Source of the DNA: Bacteroidia bacterium
GTDB taxonomy: Bacteria; Bacteroidota; Bacteroidia; 2-12-FULL-35-15
Direction of reading: 5' to 3'
DNA length: 41,073 nt
Assembly (NCBI GenBank): GCA_036170695.1
Contig: JAVHPR010000259.1
Coordinates: forward strand, 1 to 41,073
Shown here: piece by piece, positions 7,852 through 17,251 of the stretch
Layout: the number at the start of each line of letters is the position of its first letter
Numbering within the stretch: the first letter of the stretch is position 1
The notes under the pieces: generated by a model
The model's database searches: none
The model's input: the letters and a program-made list of their open reading frames with translations, nothing else
Told to the model about the DNA's origin: nothing
Translations under genes and position numbers: made by a program

Positions 7852-8499
7852 CTATTTCTCAAATTTAGCGTATCCTTTTGGTATTTCAAATACGGTAGGC
7901 TCTACTATCTTTTTTGTAATTTTAGTCACTTCCAGGCGTCCCATCTCTTTGCCTCTTAAATCAGTTTGAACTGAAAGCATTGGGAACATATTATTTGTAT
8001 CCGGAATCTGTAAAAAATAAACAGATGCTTTGTCCTTACGATTTAGCTGGCGTAATAACTTTTCAAAGAAAGCAAATTTCCCTTCTGCCAACCAATAGGT
8101 AATTATAGTGCTTTCAGTATTGTTGGTTACAATGTATTCTGAACACTTAAACCCTTGCAGATTTTTTACATTTTGCCCCTTTGTAACTGTACATGAGCCT
8201 TTAATAACAGGATTCGACGGTGTAGGTTGATCCATGTAAAGTTTACGTTCGTGGTTTAAGGACTTCATTGTTTTTGAATCCAAACTCACTAAAAAAGAAC
8301 CTTCAACTTTTTTTGACCTGCTACCTATCTCGTCAATTCTTACCTTGTTATCTTTTACAAAATATACATAACTTGTAGTATCGGTAGCTGTTCCTTTTTG
8401 GAATTCGATAAGACCTTCGAATGATTGTGCTACAGCAGTTAATGAGAACATAGTTATCATCATCGCTCCTGGGACAATTTTTAAAATCGCTTTTTTCAT
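7852..8499 (-). CDS. DUF4412 domain secreted protein
   Basis: Signal peptide AVAQSFEGLIEF; KNLQGFKCSEY, YWL, FPM and FEIPKGY motifs. Confidence 0.8.
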   Translation of the reverse strand: MKKAILKIVPGAMMITMFSLTAVAQSFEGLIEFQKGTATDTTSYVYFVKDNKVRIDEIGSRSKKVEGSFLVSLDSKTMKSLNHERKLYMDQPTPSNPVIKGSCTVTKGQNVKNLQGFKCSEYIVTNNTESTIITYWLAEGKFAFFEKLLRQLNRKDKASVYFLQIPDTNNMFPMLSVQTDLRGKEMGRLEVTKITKKIVEPTVFEIPKGYAKFEK

Positions 8500-8877
8500 T
8501 TGTTCAATTTTTAATATTACGTTTTATATTATACTCTATGCAAAAAACTTTTTCTTAATCCGGCTAAAAATACAAAAAGTTTTTTAGTTATCATCCCTAT
8601 TTCAAAACTTGTGCCAATCTTTTTATTATTTCAAAATTTATTAGGTATCTGCAAATTCTATTAACCCATTAAGTCATAAATAACAGGTCTTAACATCAAT
8701 TTACAACCTATAAAACTAAATTTACTATATAAAACGCCAAAATCAGGCTGTTTTATTAAAAACACCATTTATATACGATACAAATATAAATATTATTTAG
8801 AATTATCCGATTTATATTAAAATTTGTTTCTTTTCTGAATAATCATATCTCAATATACCTATCTATATACCTATCTT

Positions 8878-10311
8878 TTATCTTCTCTTCAAAAAATCAA
8901 ACAATAATCGAACACCCACTCCTGTCGCCCCCTTAATTCGATAGGATTCTTTTGCGGTCAAAAAAGCAGGACCTGCAATATCCAGGTGCATCCATGGGTA
9001 ATCAATATAACGTTCCAGAAATTTACCGGCAGTAATACTTCCTGCATAAGGGCCACCAAGGTTTTTCATATCTGCGATATCCGATTTTATCATCTCATCA
9101 AAATCATCCCAAAAAGGCATTTCGGCTAATCGTTCAAAAACATTATTGCCGCTTTGTTTCAATTCATTTTTTGTTTTTTCATCGGCAGTTCCCATAGCAA
9201 CGATTCCGGAAGTTCCAATAGCCGCAACAGCGGCCCCTGTCAATGTTGCCAAATCAATTACTAATTCCGGCTTGTATTTTTTAACATAGGACAATGCATC
9301 TGCTAATATCATTCGTCCTTCGGCATCTGCATTAAGCATTTCAACCGTTAAGCCATTGTGCATAGTTATTACATCACCCGGAACATAGGCGTTCCCCCCC
9401 GGACGATTATCAGTTGCAGGAACAATTCCAATAACGTGAACAGGCAATTGTGCTTTTGAAATGGCAACCATTGTAGCACCAACAGCGGCAGCACCCGCCA
9501 TATCGCATTTCATTGTATCCATACTGTTTGGAGTAGGCTTTAAACTTATTCCGCCTGTATCATAAACCACTCCTTTTCCAACTAAAACAATCGGTTGTTT
9601 ATTCTTTGCGTTCTTTGGTTTATACTCCATAATAGTGAATGTTGGAGGATCGACACTACCAAGGTTAACAGCCAACAAGCCTCCCATTTTCAAGGCTTTT
9701 ATTTTTGATTTATCAAATACCTCCACACTAAAACCTGCATCTTTTCCAAGTTTTTGAAACTCTTTGGAAAGCTGTGTAGCGGTTAAAAAGTTTACCGGTT
9801 CGTTAACCAATGTACGGGCAATACAAGTTGAAGCAACAACGATGTTCAATTCATCGGCTTCGGATTTACTGATATTTTCACTTACAATAAAAATTTCTTT
9901 AAGAGAAAACGCTTCTTTCTTTTTATCTTTTTTATATTTCAAAAACTGATAATTACTCAAAGCCAAGCCCTCTGTAAATGCCAATGTCTCCTGGGTTTTG
10001 TTTTCAACATCAACAACCGTTATTTTTTCTATTTTATTTTCAGTAATTACAGAATGTACTGTGCTTGCTGCCTTGCGAAGCGATTCCCACGTTAGTGTTA
10101 TTTCCTTTTTAGGATCAATTACCTGAATAAAAACATATCGACTGAGTTGATTGATACTAATAAAAAACTTTTCTTTATCATTGATTTCTTTCTTAATGAA
10201 ATCAATTTCAGTTTTGCTTAAGCCATAATTATCGAATTTGCTATTTTTTTCGCACAACAAAATAATACACTCGGCCTTGCTTATTGCAGATTTTTTGGAG
10301 ATAGTTGTCAT
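8878..10311 (-). CDS. pepA: Leucyl aminopeptidase (M17)
   Basis: LVGKGVVYDTGGISLK, MKCDMAGAA, NADAEGRMILAD, DLATLTGA, WMHLDIAG; likely start MTTISKK. Confidence 0.95.
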   Translation of the reverse strand: MTTISKKSAISKAECIILLCEKNSKFDNYGLSKTEIDFIKKEINDKEKFFISINQLSRYVFIQVIDPKKEITLTWESLRKAASTVHSVITENKIEKITVVDVENKTQETLAFTEGLALSNYQFLKYKKDKKKEAFSLKEIFIVSENISKSEADELNIVVASTCIARTLVNEPVNFLTATQLSKEFQKLGKDAGFSVEVFDKSKIKALKMGGLLAVNLGSVDPPTFTIMEYKPKNAKNKQPIVLVGKGVVYDTGGISLKPTPNSMDTMKCDMAGAAAVGATMVAISKAQLPVHVIGIVPATDNRPGGNAYVPGDVITMHNGLTVEMLNADAEGRMILADALSYVKKYKPELVIDLATLTGAAVAAIGTSGIVAMGTADEKTKNELKQSGNNVFERLAEMPFWDDFDEMIKSDIADMKNLGGPYAGSITAGKFLERYIDYPWMHLDIAGPAFLTAKESYRIKGATGVGVRLLFDFLKRR

Positions 10312-10491
10312 AATTGTTACTTTTACTTTAGAGTTGGTAAAAGTATAAAAAATAATGTATCGATAAAGCAATGTCAACATTTGCTGAAGTATCAGGTTAA
10401 AAATATTTCAACAACCTAATACAACAAAGTCTGGTTAACGTTCTTTTTCGCTAATTAATAAGTTTTCACATTCACGCATAAATTTTCAGCA

Positions 10492-11613
10492 ATGATCAAT
10501 CAATTATTACAACGCGCCTTAAATTTTGAATTTTTATCAATTGATGAAGGTGTTTTTTTATTTAAAAACGCTCCTACTGCCGATTTAATTTTTGTGGCCA
10601 ACGAATTAAGAAAGATTCAAAAGCCTGATGGCAAGGTAACCTGGCAAATCGATCGTAACTTAAATACAACCAATGTATGCATTGCAAATTGCAAGTTTTG
10701 TAATTTTTTTCGTATTCCGGGACATGCGGAAGCTTATATCACCGACATTGAAACATACAAACAAAAAATAGAAGAAACGTTGCGCCTGGGCGGCGATCAG
10801 TTATTATTGCAAGGTGGCCATCATCCCGAATTGGGTTTGAAATTTTATGTTGACCTTTTTAAAGAATTAAAAAGTTTATTTCCGGATTTAAAGTTACATA
10901 CACTTGGGCCACCGGAAGTAGCGCACATAGCCAAGCTTGAAAAAGCCACCCATACCGAAGTGCTGAAAGCTTTGAAAGAAGCTGGAATGGATAGTATGCC
11001 GGGGGCAGGTGCCGAAATTTTAAATGATCGTGTTCGCAGATTAATTTCAAAAGGAAAATGTACAGGGCGCGAATGGCTGGATGTAATGCGTGCAGCACAT
11101 CAATTAAACATTACCACATCTGCTACAATGATGTTCGGACATATCGAAACTATTGAAGAACGATTTGAACACCTGGTTTTAATACGTGAAGTTCAAAATG
11201 AAAAGCCGAAAGATGCAAAGGGATTTTTAGCCTTTATCCCATGGCCTTTTCAGGATGACGGGACGTTATTAAAGCGTCACAAAGGCATTACAAATAATGT
11301 AACAGGTGATGAATATATAAGGATGATTGCAATGAGCAGAATTATGCTGCCCAATATCATCAACATACAAGCAAGTTGGTTGACAGTTGGGAAACAAGTT
11401 GCTCAAATTTGTTTACACGCCGGAGCCAATGATTTTGGAAGTATCATGATTGAAGAAAATGTGGTGTCAGTTGCCGGAGCGCCGCATCGCTTTACAGCCA
11501 ATGGAATACAGCAGGCAATCAGCGAAGCCGGCTTTGTCCCACAATTACGCACGCAACAATATACATATCGTGAACTCCCTGCAAATATTGCTGAACAGGT
11601 GATTAGTTATTAA
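10492..11613 (+). CDS. mqnC: Cyclic dehypoxanthinyl futalosine synthase (radical SAM, CofH/MqnC family)
   Basis: IDRNLNTTNVCIANCKFCNF (CxxxCxxC), LLQGGHHP, PGAGAEIL, ATMMFGH, NIQASW, GANDFGSIMIEENVV. Confidence 0.9.
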   Translation: MINQLLQRALNFEFLSIDEGVFLFKNAPTADLIFVANELRKIQKPDGKVTWQIDRNLNTTNVCIANCKFCNFFRIPGHAEAYITDIETYKQKIEETLRLGGDQLLLQGGHHPELGLKFYVDLFKELKSLFPDLKLHTLGPPEVAHIAKLEKATHTEVLKALKEAGMDSMPGAGAEILNDRVRRLISKGKCTGREWLDVMRAAHQLNITTSATMMFGHIETIEERFEHLVLIREVQNEKPKDAKGFLAFIPWPFQDDGTLLKRHKGITNNVTGDEYIRMIAMSRIMLPNIINIQASWLTVGKQVAQICLHAGANDFGSIMIEENVVSVAGAPHRFTANGIQQAISEAGFVPQLRTQQYTYRELPANIAEQVISY

Positions 11614-11618
11614 GCGTA

Positions 11619-13346
11619 TTATTTGCAAATGACAACTCGTTTAGAAACAATCTCGTTTTCAACAAAAATCTGAATGATATAAATCCCGTTTTTCGATAAA
11701 TCTAAATTTAGAGAGGTTTGTCCTTTTGTTGGTGATTTATAAATAATCTGACCTAAGGGATTGATTACTTTTATTTCTTCACTTGCTTTTGGTAACAATA
11801 CAGTGAAATCACCTTTCGTTGGGTTTGGATAGATGTAAACATATTCATCGTTTTTGCTTATCGAATTTATGGTTGTAGCTCCGGTTACACCACACGCAAA
11901 ACTTGTTTGTCCTGATACTAAAAAATCAGAAAGACAATTGATATAGCATTCCAGATTTGTATATCCGGCAATTCCTGTAATTGAAGTTGAAAGATTAGTA
12001 CCGTTATGATCCTGAACCACATTATTTAATCCGTGGGCTGTTTCCCAATAATCAGGCATCCCGTCATTATCTGAATCTGTCAATGGTAACGGAGGATTTG
12101 ATGGATTAAAATCGAGAATAAATGCATCGTGGTAATGATCAGCTGAATCAACAGGTACAAGGGCCGGGGTATTGGTTGGTAAAAAACTGAACAGGCGTCT
12201 ATCCATGCTGTCGCGAGGGAATGCTCCAACATTGGCATAAACATAATTGGTTAATTGGATTGTAGGGGTATAAGTAATTAATGGAAAGGGATGCCTGACA
12301 GACTCTTGCGTTAATACCCCAAAGTCTGTATTTGGATTGTTTCCCGGGCTTGAAAAATCGTTACAGCAATAAAAAAGATCATAATCTGAATAAGTCGAAT
12401 ATAAATTCATTTTATTACCACTTGCATAAAAATGATTATCAGGGAAATTCATAAAATCATGTGATATCATTCCCCCGGTATATCCGGGACGGCTAACACT
12501 AAAATTATTTACCCAATTCATATTCAGAAAAAAAGAATCAATTGCTGTTGGAGCTGTCTGATCAATGTTTGAATTATACCAAATATTGATAGCCTGATCC
12601 CAAATCAGGTTATTAGATAATTCAATATTTAATGGGTGGACACCGCAATAGGCCGATTCACAGCTAAATTCAGGCATCCTTCCACCTATCCTATTCCAGA
12701 TATTATGGTGAATACTTATACTATCTTGCGGATGCTCAAAGCTGGAATAATTCATTAATAAACCTCCCAAATAATAATGATCTCCCAAGGTTTCTGCCAA
12801 TGAACAATTTTGAAGTGTGATATGGCTTGAATTTGACATCTGAACACATTCATCAACAGCATTTGCGAAAGAACAGTGGTCAACTATGGTATTAGAAGCA
12901 CCATCAAACCGGAAACCATCATCAAGTACATAACCTTGTCCTGCAATAGTTAAATCAGGGTTAGGACGTGAGCGAATGTGACGAATTATCATATTATCAC
13001 CCGTTCCAACGGTGTCATACATTTCATCAATCACAAAACCCCTAACAATAATACCTCCCGGAGAGGTTTGTCCTGCCAAAGTGAAATCGCCATAGATTAC
13101 TTCAGCTGCGGCATTAATTATTCCGCTGACTTTAAAAAGAATATATCTTTTTCCGGGAGTTGCTAAAGCTTCCGCCAGTGAACCCGGACCACTTGGATCA
13201 AGTGTGGTAACATAAATTACCTGACCGCCACGCCCACCAATTGTCTTTCCTCCAAATCCTTCTGCACCCGGAAATGAAGGAATGGTTTGAGTTTTACCGA
13301 TAAAAAAACAAATAACTCCGGACAATAACAATATTGCTTTCTTCAT
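11619..13346 (-). CDS. Pectate-lyase-like (PL1-like beta-helix) protein with T9SS type A CTD
   Basis: FPGAEGFG...GGRGGQVIYVT, LAGQTSPGG, IVDHCSF, DSDNDGMPDYWE, GYTNLECYIN; CTD IYPNPT...GIYII...KRVVI. Confidence 0.8.
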   Translation of the reverse strand: MKKAILLLSGVICFFIGKTQTIPSFPGAEGFGGKTIGGRGGQVIYVTTLDPSGPGSLAEALATPGKRYILFKVSGIINAAAEVIYGDFTLAGQTSPGGIIVRGFVIDEMYDTVGTGDNMIIRHIRSRPNPDLTIAGQGYVLDDGFRFDGASNTIVDHCSFANAVDECVQMSNSSHITLQNCSLAETLGDHYYLGGLLMNYSSFEHPQDSISIHHNIWNRIGGRMPEFSCESAYCGVHPLNIELSNNLIWDQAINIWYNSNIDQTAPTAIDSFFLNMNWVNNFSVSRPGYTGGMISHDFMNFPDNHFYASGNKMNLYSTYSDYDLFYCCNDFSSPGNNPNTDFGVLTQESVRHPFPLITYTPTIQLTNYVYANVGAFPRDSMDRRLFSFLPTNTPALVPVDSADHYHDAFILDFNPSNPPLPLTDSDNDGMPDYWETAHGLNNVVQDHNGTNLSTSITGIAGYTNLECYINCLSDFLVSGQTSFACGVTGATTINSISKNDEYVYIYPNPTKGDFTVLLPKASEEIKVINPLGQIIYKSPTKGQTSLNLDLSKNGIYIIQIFVENEIVSKRVVICK

Positions 13347-13438
13347 AAAATCTATTATTTAAACATTAACATGGTCAGTAAGCGAAAATTGAAAATTTCA
13401 TTTGCCTTTACCTGATTAATTTTTGTAAAATATTACTA

Positions 13439-13555
13439 TTGTCATGTCAATCGTGAAATATCCTAAAGTCATGCTGAACTTGTTTCAGCATCCATAAGAT
13501 TCCGAAACAAGTTCGGAATGACCAACAATGCGACAAAACAAACTTGACTTGACAC
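13439..13555. mobile_element. 117-bp MITE-like element, copy 2 (TA-flanked)
   Basis: 115/117 identical to 4303-4419; TA at 13437-13438 and 13556-13557; unrelated flanks. Confidence 0.85.
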
Positions 13556-13651
13556 TATTATTATTCACAATTTAAAAACAGTTTTCATTCATACAAATAA
13601 ACCACACCGCGAATGTTGATAGAATGCCACTTAACGACCTGAAAATATTTA

Positions 13652-14122
13652 TTACTCAAAATAAGTGTTAAATACTTTAAAGGAAGTTTCTATTGTACTA
13701 ACTATTTGTTGAGCATTCTCAAGATTTTCAGATTCGCCTAATTCACTTACCACTTGCATATAAGGTATTAACCATTTATGCAATTCGTCATGCGCCTCAC
13801 CACTCATGGTGCAATTGGAAGTCAATAAATTAATATTTTTCTGCAGATTTTCTGCAAGCTGATGAAAGTCTTTTAAATCATTGTGCCCGATTTCAGAAAA
13901 TGATTTAACATCAGATTCCATATTTCTAATAAATACCATCATCTCCTTTATCACAGTCCATTTAGCGCCCTTATTTAATTTTATACTATCTCCTATAGTG
14001 GATACAGAAGAATCGGGCATTTGAACATTTGTTGTTTCACTGTTTTCTTTCTTTGCAGCATTGTTACAAGCGTAAACAACACTGATACAAACCATGATGC
14101 TAAATAATACTTTTTTTTTCAT
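13652..14122 (-). CDS. Helical lipoprotein, conserved hypothetical (DnrO-like motif)
   Basis: Lipobox VYAC; LNKGAKW and SNCTMSGEAHDELHKWL motifs. Confidence 0.7.
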   Translation of the reverse strand: MKKKVLFSIMVCISVVYACNNAAKKENSETTNVQMPDSSVSTIGDSIKLNKGAKWTVIKEMMVFIRNMESDVKSFSEIGHNDLKDFHQLAENLQKNINLLTSNCTMSGEAHDELHKWLIPYMQVVSELGESENLENAQQIVSTIETSFKVFNTYFE

Positions 14123-14174
14123 ATTTTTAATTATTTTTGAAATAAAACGACCTAGAAGCCTATTTACATTGAAT

Positions 14175-15134
14175 TTAATGTTGTGGCTTATGAATGTCCG
14201 ATATTTTAGCCTCTGTTTCGGCCCGTTTATTTATGAGTAAATCCTTTAAAGCGCTTTCAAGGTTGGGAAACAGAAAATTATAACCTGCTGCTTTAATTTT
14301 GTCAGAAGAAACTCTGCTTCCTTTTAAAAGAATTACGGACATTTCACCAAATACCATTTTCAAAACAATTGCCGGAATATTAGGAAACCAAAATGGTTTT
14401 TTAAATAGACGAGCAACTGTTCCAGCAAAATCGTTGTATGTTCTGTGGTCAGGTGCTATTGCATTAAATGCGCCGTTCATTTGATTATCTTCCAGTGCTT
14501 TAATATATATGCCACACAAGTCATCAATATGTATCCAGGGCAGGTATTGTTTTCCATTGCCAATTGCAGAACCAATTCCCATAATAATGGGTGAAATCAT
14601 CTTTGCTAATGCACCACCTTGCTTTGTAAGCACTAATCCTGTTCTAATTTTTACAGTTCTAATGCCAAGTTCTATAAATTGATCTGCTGACTGTTCCCAT
14701 AGTTGACAGGTTTTTCCAAGGAAATCAGCGGATGGGGGATCTGTTTCACTGTAAATTTTATCGGTTGTAATTGTTCCATAATATCCGATTGCAGATGCAG
14801 AAATAAATACCTTCGGTTTAATTTTGCTTTCTTTTATTTTATCGAAAAGCAAATTTCCTGCGTTAACGCGGCTGTCAATAATAAGCTGCTTTCTTTTTGC
14901 TGTCCACCTTTTGTCTCCAATGTTTGCCCCTGCCAGATGAATAACATAGTCTGCTGCTTCAATAGCTCCTTTTTCAATTGTTCCTTTTTCAATATTCCAG
15001 GCATAAGTTGGTATGTCTGAATCCCTATTACTTTCGCGACTCAGAATAGCCACCTGATAGCCTTTTCCCTTCAATCTCTTGCTAAGATATTTACCTACAA
15101 GTCCTGTACCACCACTTATTAATACTGTTGCCAT
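14175..15134 (-). CDS. TIGR01777 family NAD-dependent epimerase (YfcH-like)
   Basis: VLISGGTGLVG, HLAGANI, SASAIGYYG, RTGLVL, PWIHIDDL; likely start MATVLISG. Confidence 0.92.
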   Translation of the reverse strand: MATVLISGGTGLVGKYLSKRLKGKGYQVAILSRESNRDSDIPTYAWNIEKGTIEKGAIEAADYVIHLAGANIGDKRWTAKRKQLIIDSRVNAGNLLFDKIKESKIKPKVFISASAIGYYGTITTDKIYSETDPPSADFLGKTCQLWEQSADQFIELGIRTVKIRTGLVLTKQGGALAKMISPIIMGIGSAIGNGKQYLPWIHIDDLCGIYIKALEDNQMNGAFNAIAPDHRTYNDFAGTVARLFKKPFWFPNIPAIVLKMVFGEMSVILLKGSRVSSDKIKAAGYNFLFPNLESALKDLLINKRAETEAKISDIHKPQH

Positions 15135-15229
15135 TATTCTATTATAAGAAGACAAAAAACAGGCAGAAAAACCAAGTTTGACAAACGTAATAACCTTTTT
15201 TCTAAATACTCATATTTCAATACTCCTAC

Positions 15230-15991
15230 CTACATATGAATTTTCAGCCCATCATATGCAAGCTCAATTGTATCGGGCAATTCCTTCTGAACGTCCTCAT
15301 ATAGTCCTAATTGGTGGCTGATGTGTGTAAAATAGGCCCGTTCAGGTTTTATTTCTTCTACTAATTCAATTGCTTGCATAAAAGTAAAATGTGAAATATG
15401 TGGCTCTCTGCGCAAGGCATTGAGTACAAGAACTTTTGTGCCTTTTATTTTTTCTTTTTCAATATCCGAAATATAATTTGCATCGGTAATGTAGGTGAAG
15501 TCCTTAATTCTAAACCCAAATACAGGCAATTTATAATGCAATACTTCAATTGGTAACACCTCAACACCATCGATGTTAGTTGATTTATTTTCTAATAAAT
15601 GCAAATTAATTTCTGGTATTCCAGGATATTTGAAATCGCTGAAAATATATGAAAACTCTCGTCTTATAGCCTCCTGAACGCTAGCCGAGGCATAAACATC
15701 CATCTTTTTTTTATTGATATAATTATAGGCACGGATATCATCAAAACCTGCGGTGTGATCTTTGTGTTCATGAGTAAAGATAACAGCATCAATAGTTTTA
15801 ACCTCTTCCCGCAACATTTGCTGACGAAAATCTGGCCCCGTATCAATAATAAATGTTTTCCCACTCTCTTCAATCAAAATAGATGAACGCAGACGTTTAT
15901 CTCTGGCATCTTTTGATTGACAAACCATGCAAGGACATCCAATAAGGGGAACACCCTGTGAAGTTCCCGTACCTAAAAATGTTATTTTCAC
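15230..15991 (-). CDS. MBL-fold metallohydrolase (PhnP-like)
   Basis: FLGTGTSQGVPLIGCPCMVC, IDTGPDFRQQ, THEHKDH, SHF, THISH, AYDG; likely GTG start at 15991. Confidence 0.9.
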   Translation of the reverse strand: MKITFLGTGTSQGVPLIGCPCMVCQSKDARDKRLRSSILIEESGKTFIIDTGPDFRQQMLREEVKTIDAVIFTHEHKDHTAGFDDIRAYNYINKKKMDVYASASVQEAIRREFSYIFSDFKYPGIPEINLHLLENKSTNIDGVEVLPIEVLHYKLPVFGFRIKDFTYITDANYISDIEKEKIKGTKVLVLNALRREPHISHFTFMQAIELVEEIKPERAYFTHISHQLGLYEDVQKELPDTIELAYDGLKIHM

Positions 15992-16047
15992 GATAAACTG
16001 ATTTTTACGATGCATTTGAGTTAAAAGACTGCAATGTCGACACTGCG

Positions 16048-17250
16048 CTAATACAAAAACTTATTATATGGATAACGCTTAAGGTGCATTTCTTTTACTC
16101 TTTCATAAAGGACACTTTTAAACTCAATAATATTTTGTTTATTAGTGGCTGAAATAAAAACACACTGCGCATTCAAATTACTCATCCAGGTTTTTTTCAA
16201 TTGCTCTAAGCTGATATTATGCTTTGTAATTGGCGACAGATCATCAACATCTTTTTGATCAAAAGTAAAAGCGTCGATTTTATTGAATACAAGAATTGTA
16301 GGTTTGTCACCCGCACCAATATCGCTAAGCGTTTGGTTCACCACATTTATCTGGTCTTCAAATCCTTTGTGAGAAATATCTACAACGTGCACTAAGATAT
16401 CCGCTTCACGCACCTCATCTAATGTTGATTTGAAAGATTCTACCAAGGTAGTAGGCAATTTCCGAATAAATCCGACCGTGTCGGAAAGCAGAAATGGAAG
16501 GTTTTCAATCACTACTTTTCGCACCGTGGTATCAAGTGTAGCAAATAATTTATTTTCAGCAAACACTTCGCTTTTACTCAACATATTCATAATAGTGGAC
16601 TTGCCGACATTCGTGTAACCCACCAAAGCCACACGTATCATCTCTCCACGATTTTTACGCTGCGTTTCCATTTGTTTGTCAATGGTTTTAAGCCGCTCCT
16701 TCAATAAAGCAATACGGTCGCGTACAATACGCCTGTCGGTTTCAATTTCGGTTTCACCGGCTCCTTTCATACCAATACCGCCCTTAATACGGTCCAGGTG
16801 ATCCCACATTTTTGTAAGTCGGGGTAATAAATAGATAGATTGAGCCAGCTCCACTTGAGTTTTAGCGTGTGCGGTACGTGCTCGTGACGCAAAAATATCG
16901 AGTATTAACCGGGTTCGGTCTACTACTTTTACTTTAATTTCCTTTTCCTCATTAATTTCTTTCTCCAGGTTACGCTGTTGAGCCGGTGAAAGTTCATCAT
17001 CAAAAATTACAATGTTCACATTGTTTTCTCTTACAAAATTGCTGACATCATTCAACTTTCCGGCGCCAATAAATGTTCTGGAATCGGGATGTTCAAGGCG
17101 TTGTGTATATCGTTTTAAGACTTTTGCTCCGGCAGTATCCGCCAAAAACTCAAGCTCATCAAGATATTCAGCAGCCTTTCCCTCATCCTGAGTTCTGCTG
17201 ATTAACCCAACCAATATGGCTGTTTCCTGCTTCTTCGCTGTATCGTACAT
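16048..17250 (-). CDS. hflX: Ribosome-splitting GTPase HflX
   Basis: LILDIFASRA, GETEIETDRR, GYTNVGKS, LFATLDTT, DTVGF, NKID. Confidence 0.97.
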   Translation of the reverse strand: MYDTAKKQETAILVGLISRTQDEGKAAEYLDELEFLADTAGAKVLKRYTQRLEHPDSRTFIGAGKLNDVSNFVRENNVNIVIFDDELSPAQQRNLEKEINEEKEIKVKVVDRTRLILDIFASRARTAHAKTQVELAQSIYLLPRLTKMWDHLDRIKGGIGMKGAGETEIETDRRIVRDRIALLKERLKTIDKQMETQRKNRGEMIRVALVGYTNVGKSTIMNMLSKSEVFAENKLFATLDTTVRKVVIENLPFLLSDTVGFIRKLPTTLVESFKSTLDEVREADILVHVVDISHKGFEDQINVVNQTLSDIGAGDKPTILVFNKIDAFTFDQKDVDDLSPITKHNISLEQLKKTWMSNLNAQCVFISATNKQNIIEFKSVLYERVKEMHLKRYPYNKFLY

Positions 17251-17251
17251 T

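Noticed and set aside
8853-8876. 12-bp tandem repeat ATATACCTATCT x2 after pepA
   Set aside because: Two copies in very AT-rich DNA; probably slippage, no function supportable
8500-8877. Long AT-rich intergenic region as possible ncRNA or origin
   Set aside because: No stable structure, DnaA-box cluster or recognisable RNA motif seen
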